A stretch of DNA of 25,541 bases, from the IMG/VR virus record IMGVR_UViG_3300031977_003074, positions 1-25,541 of that record, one strand, 5' to 3'. This stretch comes from a virus. Its lineage: Duplodnaviria; Caudoviricetes. The translations under genes and the position numbers were made by a program. Positions 8,604 through 17,728 of the stretch are shown here, piece by piece (within the stretch, counting starts at the first letter, position 1; the number at the start of each line of letters is the position of its first letter). The notes under the pieces are model-generated. The model saw only the letters and a list, made by a program, of their open reading frames with translations, searched no databases and was not told the DNA's origin.

Positions 8604-9071
8604 TTAGAGAGACGGATGTTCTGGCCAGACGACCTGAGACGGATGCATAATAACAGACATATCTAGTGTAGAAGGTAGGTCACGAAGTTCTTGACGGTAT
8701 GCAAGAATCTCATTTGTTTTCTCTTCAGAGAGTGGTGAGTCTGGTAACAATGCCCAATCTGTCTGTGCAATACGCATATTTCTTTCGGTGCGTATTTCAT
8801 TTAAGATGATCTCAGTATCCCACACCCATTCAGATCCATTCCAATCTGCATGAACGTTTGGTCTTTCTGGCACTTCTACAAACTGATACAACTCATTGTC
8901 CCAGACGCGAGTATTCATATACTCAGATACAGACAAACCTTCTAGGTCATAAATTCTATGGACAGTATGAACGATATCTAAACGTTCACCGTCTTCTGGG
9001 TATATACCAGAATCCATGTCAGTTCTTAGTATTACGCCATTATCATTTATCAAGGCGACTTTAGGGTGCAT
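8604..9071 (-). CDS. Phage tail fibre assembly chaperone-like protein
   Basis: C-terminal 'IRTERNMRIAQTDWALLPDSPLS...AYRQELRDLP...WPEHP' matches the R..RN..L..TDW..LPD.P...YRQ.LRDLP...WP signature of phage tail assembly chaperones. Confidence 0.85.
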   Translation of the reverse strand: MHPKVALINDNGVILRTDMDSGIYPEDGERLDIVHTVHRIYDLEGLSVSEYMNTRVWDNELYQFVEVPERPNVHADWNGSEWVWDTEIILNEIRTERNMRIAQTDWALLPDSPLSEEKTNEILAYRQELRDLPSTLDMSVIMHPSQVVWPEHPSL

Positions 9072-9086
9072 TTTATATTTCTCCGA

Positions 9087-9968
9087 TTATATGGTGGGTT
9101 CGTATAGACCTAGATTCGGATCTGGTCTACCAACGAACATTGGTTGTAGTGCATCTGGATAGGTATTGTTCTCAAACCCTTGTCCTGAACTATGTATTTC
9201 TTGGAAAGAATAAACGGCACCTTGACTAGGTGCAACAGTTCTTGCCAAACTAGTTGTGTAAATAATTGAGGCGAGTATCTCACTGTAAGGTGGACTACCG
9301 TATGCACCGCTTTGACGTGAGTATATTTTATTGGAAGTCGTTGTAGAACTGTCCCAAATAAGACCATATCGTCTAACATAAAAAGAGACGTTAGCAGAAT
9401 CAAGCACACCGGCATTATAGTAATCCAATCCGTTAGGGCCGTTCCATCCAGTTGTTAAGGTTCCGTTTATAACTTCACGGCTTGATACATATGTACCGTG
9501 ACTGAATGGATTGAAATAAACCTCGTTTGGATTAAGGGTGATTTCACCCTCACTTGACCTAAACATTCTTGTGTCGAATGTCACTGGACCAGTTAACGGA
9601 CCACCGTAAGATGATGCAATTGTGTCACGACATTGTAGACCATAATTTTCGCTGGGTGGAATATTAGCATTCGCAGCGTCTCTTAGTATAACATAGTTAA
9701 TAGGTTGACTGTAATTACTTGCCCAACCATAAGAGAAAACCCAATCAAGATCATCACCACTAATAGTTCTAGTACCAAGCAACAAGAAAGACCCGCCAGT
9801 ACTTGGACGATCAATATTAACTAATACAAGGTCGGATATTTTTGCGGACAAAGTTTGGCCTGGGAGAACACTACCTTTTGAGAACTGGAATGTTCCACGG
9901 CCTACCGTGCGACTATCAAATAAAATGTCACCACTTCGATTTTGTATTTCTAATCCATAATCTGCCAT
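9087..9968 (-). CDS. Putative fibre-tip / receptor-binding protein with 'YGL...FDS' motifs
   Basis: Begins MADYGLEIQNRSGDILFDSR and has a second internal unit NYGLQCRD...VTFDTR. Resembles small proteins encoded after gpJ-type tail tips. Function inferred. Confidence 0.6.
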   Translation of the reverse strand: MADYGLEIQNRSGDILFDSRTVGRGTFQFSKGSVLPGQTLSAKISDLVLVNIDRPSTGGSFLLLGTRTISGDDLDWVFSYGWASNYSQPINYVILRDAANANIPPSENYGLQCRDTIASSYGGPLTGPVTFDTRMFRSSEGEITLNPNEVYFNPFSHGTYVSSREVINGTLTTGWNGPNGLDYYNAGVLDSANVSFYVRRYGLIWDSSTTTSNKIYSRQSGAYGSPPYSEILASIIYTTSLARTVAPSQGAVYSFQEIHSSGQGFENNTYPDALQPMFVGRPDPNLGLYEPTI

Positions 9969-9977
9969 TATGATTTC

Positions 9978-10283
9978 CTATAGTCGTATACACGTATAAC
10001 CAAAGAGTGCACTACCTCCAGTTTGGTTATTAATTCTAAATGAAGTATATCCTGAAACTGAAGAGTCATATGTAATATTAGTTACCGTGTATGGATTGCC
10101 GCCACTTCCAGTAGGTCCGTTAACATAGACGTAAGAAAAACCTTCAGGTATAGTAATAGTTGAACTACTGCCACTTATAGTAACTGTTGCTGACGCAACC
10201 ACTTTGACATAAGATGGCATGTATCGGGAATCGAATGCAACGTATCCCGCAGGCGTCCAAACTTTTAATCCGTAATCTGCCAT
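9978..10283 (-). CDS. Small putative fibre-tip protein ('MADYGL' paralog)
   Basis: Begins MADYGLKVWTPAGYVAFDSR; beta-rich and S/T/G-rich; shares its N-terminus with the next gene. Confidence 0.6.
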   Translation of the reverse strand: MADYGLKVWTPAGYVAFDSRYMPSYVKVVASATVTISGSSSTITIPEGFSYVYVNGPTGSGGNPYTVTNITYDSSVSGYTSFRINNQTGGSALFGYTCIRL

Positions 10284-11180
10284 TTAAAACTCCAATAAGG
10301 GTACACGTGTATCGTGCAGTTTATCTTGTCCCTTCAATTTTTCTAATTCCTCAAGGAGAATGGCCATCCATTCGATAAAACCCTTCCCCGCGTCTTTTTG
10401 ACTTTCTTTCAAAGCAATACCAGATATACGTACGTCGTACATATAAGTAGGATACTTTTCATCATGAGCAAACATTTTCAATTCACCTCGCTCATGCGCG
10501 TCTTTTAGTTCAAGGTATTGAAGAGTATCTTCACCTACCGTCAAACCTTTAAATCTGTAGGGTAAGACTTTCCGCGACATGAATACAAGTCGCGTACTTA
10601 ATTCGTCAATACCCATGCTGTGTTGTAAAGTTTTTATGTAACGTTTGAACATATCCACTTCACTCACAGTGATGTCCGGCACATTGTCTGCAACTAACCT
10701 ACCGTCTGCAAGTTTGTTCCAGTCTTCAACTACTGCCTGTTGTTCATACTTTCTAGTGAGATTGACAGGGTCTTCATGTGGCCTAACCGGATCTTGACTT
10801 CTATCTCTAAGACTATGATCCTGAGAGGTAAGATTGACTTGATTGAACAAGATCACCGCGTCGGGTGCGTCTTCACTCTCTGCCAGTTTCTGATATAACT
10901 TAACCCCTCTTGGAGTTAGGTAATCATCCCCGTCTATCAACACTGCATATGGTACACCATCAGCATCAAATATGTCAAGGAAAGAATTCTTTCCTGTTGC
11001 AGCGGTACCGTCGCTGTCTGTTACAAAATAACGAACTTCGTTTTCCTCACAGTAGGTTATCGCTTGTTGACGAAATTCTACGTGAGTTGTATTTATTATT
11101 ACTGTCGTCTTATCTATTGGTAGTGTTTTAAACTGTCGCTTTAGTGCATAAATGTTGTGGCTAGATAAAACATAAAACAT
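10284..11180 (-). CDS. Putative GT-A (GT2-like) glycosyltransferase
   Basis: 'TVIINT', 'SDGTAATGKNSFLDIF', 'VLIDGDDYLTP' (DxD) and 'GED' motifs; paralog of 19168..20046. Confidence 0.75.
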   Translation of the reverse strand: MFYVLSSHNIYALKRQFKTLPIDKTTVIINTTHVEFRQQAITYCEENEVRYFVTDSDGTAATGKNSFLDIFDADGVPYAVLIDGDDYLTPRGVKLYQKLAESEDAPDAVILFNQVNLTSQDHSLRDRSQDPVRPHEDPVNLTRKYEQQAVVEDWNKLADGRLVADNVPDITVSEVDMFKRYIKTLQHSMGIDELSTRLVFMSRKVLPYRFKGLTVGEDTLQYLELKDAHERGELKMFAHDEKYPTYMYDVRISGIALKESQKDAGKGFIEWMAILLEELEKLKGQDKLHDTRVPLLEF

Positions 11181-11183
11181 ATA

Positions 11184-12638
11184 TTATAACAATCCTAATC
11201 GAACTCTTCTTGCGCTACCCTCATAGATATCAATTCGTTCGTTGGTGATTTCCATGTGGTCTGTACCAGTTAGGTCAGTACCAATATCTATCTGTCCGGT
11301 AACTGTTGCGTTAGACAGTTCAACTCCATTAGCGGTAACGGTAAATGGATTCACACCACCTGTACCATCGGTCGCAGTTGGAGTGACAATTTTAAATGTG
11401 TCTGCAGCGACAACGAAGTCCGCAGTAGTTCCGTCATTGGTAAACTCCAATCCAGAAACATATGGATCTGTAGTAGTACCTGCGGTCAAGTTCAATTGCC
11501 ACTGTGCAGATACACCACCTGTTTGTGCGTCTACATATGCAGTCAGTGATTGTTCTGCTGCAGCGATGTCGCTGTCAATTTGTGCCTGAAGAGTTAGGTC
11601 ATATGCACTTATTGCAGATTGAATTAAACCGTTCTCTTCAACGATTTCAGTTCTTAGATCATCAATCGCACCAGTGATTGCAGTTGAAGTAACTTCACCT
11701 GTTTGTGGATCGCGAATGAATACCGCGTTGTCCAGTTCAGTGAGACTATTACTAATAGAGGTTATCTGTCCACCCTGAGTACTAACAGTAGAACTCAATA
11801 CTGATCTTGCGTCAGCCTCTGCATCGACACGTGCATTTAGGTCACTATCAACTGAGATAAGTGATGCAGACACACTGTCTAATGCCTGAGACAATACAGT
11901 AATACCGGAATCGTTTGTATCGATTCGAGTCTCTAGAGTTTGTAACGCACCACCAACAGCCTCGATAACGTCACTGTCTGAGATTGTGATACCACTGTCA
12001 ATCAACTGTTGTAGGTTGACATCAAGTTGAGTTACGTTGGCAGCAACGATACTTAGATCACTGTCTGTTGCGTCGATACGTGTGTATAGATTGCTTACCG
12101 CGTTTGCGTTCGCAGTGATACGAGTATTTGTAGATTGATCTAACAATATCAGTTCAGCGTTGACTGAATCTACTATTCCAGCAAGAACAGTGATCGCGCT
12201 GTCATTCGCCTCAATCTGAGAAGTCAGTGTAGTGTTTGCGTTAGCGATTGCAGAAGCAAGTAGGTCTGAGTCAATACCACCCAAGACCATACTGTCAAGT
12301 TGTGCTTGAGTTGCAATCTGTGCCTGAGCAAGTACAAGGACACCCGAATCAGTTGCATCGATACGCGAAGTCAACTGAAATATAGCGGACGCGTTCGCAG
12401 AGATATCTGAATCTAGATATGAGACATCAGTCTCGATAGTGAACTGCTGAAGATATTCCTCATTGATTACGGTCAAGAAGTAATCAGAGTCAAGGACATT
12501 GTTAATGATGTTAGTAATATCAGCCGAGTCAATAGTGATATTACCAACCGCAGAATCCAATCCCGCAAAGTTCTGGTTGATCTTTAGTATCGCTGCGTTG
12601 ATGTTATCCGCAAGATTTACTACCTGTATGTTACTCAT
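11184..12638 (-). CDS. Coiled-coil tail fibre protein with a gpJ-like (DUF1983-like) C-terminal region
   Basis: N-terminal 'KINQNF' anchor; long heptad-like A/I/L/S/D/T-rich stalk; 'SAQWQLNL...YVSGLEF...ADFVVAADTFKI' resembles the gpJ central-fibre domain; ends in RIDIYEGSARRVRLGLL. Confidence 0.7.
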   Translation of the reverse strand: MSNIQVVNLADNINAAILKINQNFAGLDSAVGNITIDSADITNIINNVLDSDYFLTVINEEYLQQFTIETDVSYLDSDISANASAIFQLTSRIDATDSGVLVLAQAQIATQAQLDSMVLGGIDSDLLASAIANANTTLTSQIEANDSAITVLAGIVDSVNAELILLDQSTNTRITANANAVSNLYTRIDATDSDLSIVAANVTQLDVNLQQLIDSGITISDSDVIEAVGGALQTLETRIDTNDSGITVLSQALDSVSASLISVDSDLNARVDAEADARSVLSSTVSTQGGQITSISNSLTELDNAVFIRDPQTGEVTSTAITGAIDDLRTEIVEENGLIQSAISAYDLTLQAQIDSDIAAAEQSLTAYVDAQTGGVSAQWQLNLTAGTTTDPYVSGLEFTNDGTTADFVVAADTFKIVTPTATDGTGGVNPFTVTANGVELSNATVTGQIDIGTDLTGTDHMEITNERIDIYEGSARRVRLGLL

Positions 12639-12858
12639 GTTTACCCTCTACTAAACGAAAAAGCAAGTCTTTTATTTGGGACATATCTTCTTTCAGAGTC
12701 TTGACTTCTTCTGAAAGTGTGTTAATATGTTCCATCTTTTCTTGTTCTGCTTTTTTCTGTTTCCTCGCTCTTTCTATTTCAGTTCTGTTGGTATTTAGGA
12801 TGGCCCCTGTGCGACCATCCCTTACTAAGTTATTATGTCCCTTGACCGGCTGTCTCAT
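12631..12858 (-). CDS. Small conserved T4-like phage protein with C-terminal coiled coil
   Basis: 'VKGHNNLVRDGRTGAILNTN...LKEDMSQIKDLL' pattern, as recalled from small genes following VrlC-like genes in marine T4-like phages; overlaps both neighbouring genes. Confidence 0.75.
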   Translation of the reverse strand: MRQPVKGHNNLVRDGRTGAILNTNRTEIERARKQKKAEQEKMEHINTLSEEVKTLKEDMSQIKDLLFRLVEGKHE

Positions 12859-15800
12859 TATACTACCAGTGCAATCGCACGTAGATCACGGATACGCGGT
12901 ACTTTAGATGAGTTGTTAGACTTCAACACAATCTTGACTTGGAATACAGAGAACGAATCTGTCTCGATAGTGTATTCATAGTCGCGGAATGTAGATGCGT
13001 TATCGTCACTTGGCATTGCTGTGTCGATCTCACCCTGTACCCAATCAACCACTGGATCACCGTTGTCATCAACTGCGAACAATGCGTCTTCATCTACCGC
13101 ACTGCGCATGTACACTTCGAACTCTGCACCAGATGGTCGGTTTGCAGCAAAGATGACCTTCAGAGCCACAGACGATTCATCAATGGTAATAGGAGTCGTA
13201 ATGTGTTGCGCTTCGTCACCGTTACCGATGATGTACTCTAGTGCAAGTACTGAACTGCGCTGTAGGTCAACCACTGGAGATACCTTGGTATCAGTCGTTG
13301 ACAAGTTCAGAGACATTGACAGTGTAGTCAAACCACCTGCGTTCTCTGGTGATGCAACAATACGTGGTGTGTCAGTTACGTTCAACGTGTTCAACATTGC
13401 AGGCGTAGTTTTGGTGGTATACGCGTTTTGCATAGATGAACGGTTAGTACCGAAAGACGAACCTGACGCAGTAGTGGCAAATGCACTCATACGAGTCGCT
13501 GTCGGAAGTACATTCGCAATCTGAGGAACATACTGGTTGATCATGACCTGTTGAGTTGCAACAACAGAGGCACCACCACCATTACCTGTTCCAGCTGCGG
13601 CAGTTGTTTCGATGTAGTAACCACCCCACTCTGGATTTTTAACTAGGTGCGTACCATTCAGTTCAGTTGCAGATACACCACCTGCACCACCTGTTGCACC
13701 ACTTATTACTACAGTGTCGTCAAGACTGAAACCATGACCCTCATGGTTAACGAACATCAAGGTAGAACCTGAAGTTGCTTCGAATGGGTTTGCACTTAGA
13801 GTGACGCGTGGTAGTGGAGCATTCTCCAATACAACCGAACCTGAAGTGTCAAACTCCGCACGTTCTAGTTCAAACATCATGTCACGAGTCTGGTCAGCAG
13901 ACCAAGTCGAACCATTCTGTGATAGGAATAAAGATCCTAGAGTTGGTTGACGTGATACGATGGTGTCACGACTTGGACCTAGTACGTAGTCGTAAGTCTT
14001 CGCGATGTACGCGTTGTATTCTGTGGACTCTGCCAACAATACTATCGCATACTCTGCACCCGCCTGCAAATAAATTGGTTCATCAAATTCAACTACAGTC
14101 GGTGCAGCTTTAATGTCTTCGATGTCAGTTGACTCATTGAAAGGAGTAACAACTACATCAGCGGGATCAATAAACTTAGATGCGTTTCGTATTGGTGTTG
14201 CAGTTGGGTAACCGTTCTCCATGCGACGGATCTGTACTTGTAGTGGAATAGTGTCGTCCTTAGATGACATGAATATATTCGCACGAGTGATGAAGATACC
14301 ATTCGGGTTTTCTGCCTGATCTACAATGAACGACTGTGCAAGTGGATCAAGTTGACGGAACGGTGGACGGAATCGAGTCTGGACTGAACCACTAGATTCG
14401 TAGAATGCACTTGTGATAGTCAACGCATCGTCACGATTACCTGAACTCACATCCATCAAGACAAACTCTTGAGAGCCTGTTCTGAACTGAAGTGCGTCTG
14501 TGTTCGGTAGGAAGAACTCACCATGTAGTTCACCCTTAGCGTCAGTGACTAGCGCAGTCGCACCATCTGGGTGACCTGTTGCGCTTGCAAATGCGCTACC
14601 AACCTCAGTAGAGTTATCTGAGAACAGTGTTGGAGAACCAACCTGACGTACCCACGCACTCACATCTACATTACCAAAGAATGCATACATGTTTGCGTTT
14701 GGACGTAGACCCTTCGCAGAGAAGTTAATACGACGCGAGCGCATGAATGGAATGACAGTCTCACCTGCAACCTCTTGACCTAATAGAGTCTGTGGAAGTT
14801 GGAATGTCTGGAAGTTTCCTTGAACTTCACGTCCCTGCATTATTACGCTAGTATTGCGCAACTGAGTAGGAGACTGTTCCCCGACGTTGATCCATAGGTC
14901 ATCCCATGGCAAGAAGAACGTCTGTACTGGCGCTGGTAATGTACGAGTCTCAACCCACTCATCCGATGATGGTGATAAAGTCAAATGACCTTGTTGAGTG
15001 ATAACTGCGAACGGGTTAACGTTCTCTGTGTCAGTAGCTAACAACTGTGACACGTGAGGTACGTGTGCAGAGATAGGTAGAGTGACTAGGTCACCGTTCT
15101 TGGTTCCGCCCTGAGTGTAAGTCAATCTTACAGAGTTGTTTCTAAAAGAAGCACGTAGGTTACCGTTGCCGTCCAATGCGGCACGATATTCGTCATTCTC
15201 GACATCTGAGAAAGAGAAGTCTCTGAAGTTGTCTGCAATGAAACCGGCCTTAGTTCTTGCGTTGCCGTTTTCGTCCAACACATTGAGAGTACTAGTGTTA
15301 ACTTCTAACAAACTCAATGTGGTTAGTTCGAATAGATTCTCTACTCGACGTTCCAATCTACCAAGATCTTTCATGGTGAATCGTTTGTTAGGAATAGTAG
15401 TAACCGTCACATCCGATGTACTGAACGTGTATGGCTTCATGGTAATCTTGTGTAGTGCAAGTGAACCGTTAGGGATCTCTGGTTCTGTTGGATACTCTGA
15501 AGGTTCACCTAGAATGAGTTCTAGTGCACCGAATCCTACGTTACCGAAACCGTCTGTTGCCTTAGCCACAAGTAAGTCTATACGTGGTAAATAGTATTCT
15601 ACATTAGGTATTACAATAGAAGATGCGTTCTGTGGCAACTCCGAAACAGAAAATTCGTTTGTAAAACTATCTACACGATCTGGACGGAAGTCCAATACGT
15701 CACGCAAAGATACAGTTACACCAGATGCATACGTGTGGTCCGGAATATTCTCGTATGATGGATACGATGACGCGGAGAAATACTTACCCGCAGTACGTTC

Positions 15801-17720
15801 ATAGTGTGTGAACTCTACGCGTACTTCTGCCTCTGAACCTGTAGGCATGACGTAACCTGACTTGATGTATGCTTTTGCAATGTCATAGAAGTTATCACGT
15901 TGACCACCGTCCATAGTGAACTGGAAGGTAATGTCGTCAGCGTCTGCCCAATCAGTTGTAACCGCAGTACGTACTTTAACAGATACAATGTCTACACCAT
16001 CAACAACACCAAGATTTACTGGACGTGCTTCCCAGTCTACGGATGGTAGTGATTGTTCTATTACACTAGTAACTAGATTCTTTGTTTTAGGTGCAGCATC
16101 AATCGTTTCATACGTAAGAACAGTATGTAGTGTTCCGGCGGTTAGTCCTGATATTGTACCAGAAGTTAGCGTGATTGGCAAGACCGGACCATTAACTTCT
16201 GCAACAACCCACTGAGAAAACTCAAGGCCGGGTAATGTGATCTCGCCATTGTTATCAGCAGTTACTTGGTGATATCTCTGACCAGTGTATTGAATAGTCT
16301 GTCCCTGTAGTGGTTTTGGTGCACCACTTGGAAGAGGGAATAGTAGACTGTTGTCCGCAGTACCGTACAGTGCGTTTCCACTTGTAGCCTGTAATGGCAT
16401 CTCGTACTGAGTCAATGGGTCTTTCAGGAAAGATACTTCACTGAACGCGTGACCTGTATTCATGCGAATGTTGAACAGATAGACGCGGTAACCAACTGAG
16501 TCTTTTTGTACACCACGGACGTTTGCAAAACCAATAGTAGGTGCAGATGATCCGATAGTTCCTGACTTCAACTGTACGTATCCGAATGTGTCGATACGCG
16601 GTAGACCCTCTGAAGCATCTGCCTCAAGGTCTGCATAGACCCAGTTACCATAAATCGCAGGCACCGAATCGTTAGTCTTAGTGATAGTGTCACGTGCCTT
16701 AGGAAGACGGATATCTTCTGTACCGATCTCTAGACGGTAACCGTCAACGTATGCAATACCTTCTGTTACGTCTAGGTTTAGGTTGAAGGTATCTTTGTCT
16801 TCTGGGATAACAGTGAACCCTTCCACAACATAATCACCAGATTCTTCTTTGGTGCGTTGTGCAAGTAGATCATTGATAGTGTTGTATGCATCGAACGATC
16901 CGACTTCACGAGTCACGATACCTTCTACGATACGTGCAACAAAGACGAAGTCATCTCCTGCCTGTGCACGAGTCGTTGGTGTCAATGCAATTTTAAATCT
17001 GTGTGCGCCTGGGGCCGTACGGTCAACAACTTCACCTTGGTTATCGAACAACTGAGTGTCTTCGTTCTCAGTAATGATTGACTGTTCGATACCGAACCCA
17101 AAGTCTACAGTTGGTTTGTCACTGTACTTGTCGATGAATACGCTACCGCCCGCCATATAGACGAAGTGACCCTGTACAAAGAAGTCACCTGAGTGGAAGT
17201 GTGCCTTGGTACCACGTCCCGCAGCGGGAACGTCACCGTCTGCTGCGACAAACATGTCAACCGCAACCAATGATGGTGATGATACTACACTTAGTTCGTC
17301 ACCCGCAACAACGCGAGGTGCTACGGTTGAATCAGTTGCACCTGTAGTGTTAGTGTACTGGACGTACAGTGTCGCTGGGTCATCATCCGTAGCAGAGTAT
17401 GCCTCGATAACCTTGAATTCAATTGAACCGTTGGTTAGAGTCGAACCGATAACAAGTGGTTCGAACACACTGTTCGGTGAAAGACGGATGTACTCCATCT
17501 TGTTATTGACTGTAGCGCCACCTGCGTTTACTAACGCACCTTCTTTGAAGATGTTGCGACCGAATCGTGCAATCTCTTCTTGAATAATAGTTTGAGATTC
17601 AATTAGTTCGCGAGCCTGTAATGCGCGACCACCTTTGAATAGTACACGGTGGTAACCGTCTTCAGGATTGTAGTAATCGCGGTAAGTCTCTCGAAATGTT
17701 TTATCTGTAAAATCTGCCAT
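12858..17720 (-). CDS. Large virion structural protein, VrlC-like / DUF4815-like
   Basis: N-terminal 'YRDYYNPEDGYHRVLFKGGRALQARELIESQTIIQEEIARFGRNIFKEG'; internal 'LAQRTKEESGDY', 'AYVDGY', 'RFTMKDLGRLERRVENL', 'DPLAQSF', 'GSLFLSQNGSTW'; C-terminal 'PRIRDLRAIAL'. Confidence 0.85.
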   Translation of the reverse strand: MADFTDKTFRETYRDYYNPEDGYHRVLFKGGRALQARELIESQTIIQEEIARFGRNIFKEGALVNAGGATVNNKMEYIRLSPNSVFEPLVIGSTLTNGSIEFKVIEAYSATDDDPATLYVQYTNTTGATDSTVAPRVVAGDELSVVSSPSLVAVDMFVAADGDVPAAGRGTKAHFHSGDFFVQGHFVYMAGGSVFIDKYSDKPTVDFGFGIEQSIITENEDTQLFDNQGEVVDRTAPGAHRFKIALTPTTRAQAGDDFVFVARIVEGIVTREVGSFDAYNTINDLLAQRTKEESGDYVVEGFTVIPEDKDTFNLNLDVTEGIAYVDGYRLEIGTEDIRLPKARDTITKTNDSVPAIYGNWVYADLEADASEGLPRIDTFGYVQLKSGTIGSSAPTIGFANVRGVQKDSVGYRVYLFNIRMNTGHAFSEVSFLKDPLTQYEMPLQATSGNALYGTADNSLLFPLPSGAPKPLQGQTIQYTGQRYHQVTADNNGEITLPGLEFSQWVVAEVNGPVLPITLTSGTISGLTAGTLHTVLTYETIDAAPKTKNLVTSVIEQSLPSVDWEARPVNLGVVDGVDIVSVKVRTAVTTDWADADDITFQFTMDGGQRDNFYDIAKAYIKSGYVMPTGSEAEVRVEFTHYERTAGKYFSASSYPSYENIPDHTYASGVTVSLRDVLDFRPDRVDSFTNEFSVSELPQNASSIVIPNVEYYLPRIDLLVAKATDGFGNVGFGALELILGEPSEYPTEPEIPNGSLALHKITMKPYTFSTSDVTVTTIPNKRFTMKDLGRLERRVENLFELTTLSLLEVNTSTLNVLDENGNARTKAGFIADNFRDFSFSDVENDEYRAALDGNGNLRASFRNNSVRLTYTQGGTKNGDLVTLPISAHVPHVSQLLATDTENVNPFAVITQQGHLTLSPSSDEWVETRTLPAPVQTFFLPWDDLWINVGEQSPTQLRNTSVIMQGREVQGNFQTFQLPQTLLGQEVAGETVIPFMRSRRINFSAKGLRPNANMYAFFGNVDVSAWVRQVGSPTLFSDNSTEVGSAFASATGHPDGATALVTDAKGELHGEFFLPNTDALQFRTGSQEFVLMDVSSGNRDDALTITSAFYESSGSVQTRFRPPFRQLDPLAQSFIVDQAENPNGIFITRANIFMSSKDDTIPLQVQIRRMENGYPTATPIRNASKFIDPADVVVTPFNESTDIEDIKAAPTVVEFDEPIYLQAGAEYAIVLLAESTEYNAYIAKTYDYVLGPSRDTIVSRQPTLGSLFLSQNGSTWSADQTRDMMFELERAEFDTSGSVVLENAPLPRVTLSANPFEATSGSTLMFVNHEGHGFSLDDTVVISGATGGAGGVSATELNGTHLVKNPEWGGYYIETTAAAGTGNGGGASVVATQQVMINQYVPQIANVLPTATRMSAFATTASGSSFGTNRSSMQNAYTTKTTPAMLNTLNVTDTPRIVASPENAGGLTTLSMSLNLSTTDTKVSPVVDLQRSSVLALEYIIGNGDEAQHITTPITIDESSVALKVIFAANRPSGAEFEVYMRSAVDEDALFAVDDNGDPVVDWVQGEIDTAMPSDDNASTFRDYEYTIETDSFSVFQVKIVLKSNNSSKVPRIRDLRAIALVV

Positions 17721-17728
17721 GATTAATC

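Noticed and set aside
9087-12638. Diversity-generating retroelement or invertase-based tip switching
   Set aside because: No reverse transcriptase or recombinase in the window. The shared C-terminal and MADYGL segments are short and differ mainly at synonymous sites rather than in an adenine-specific pattern.
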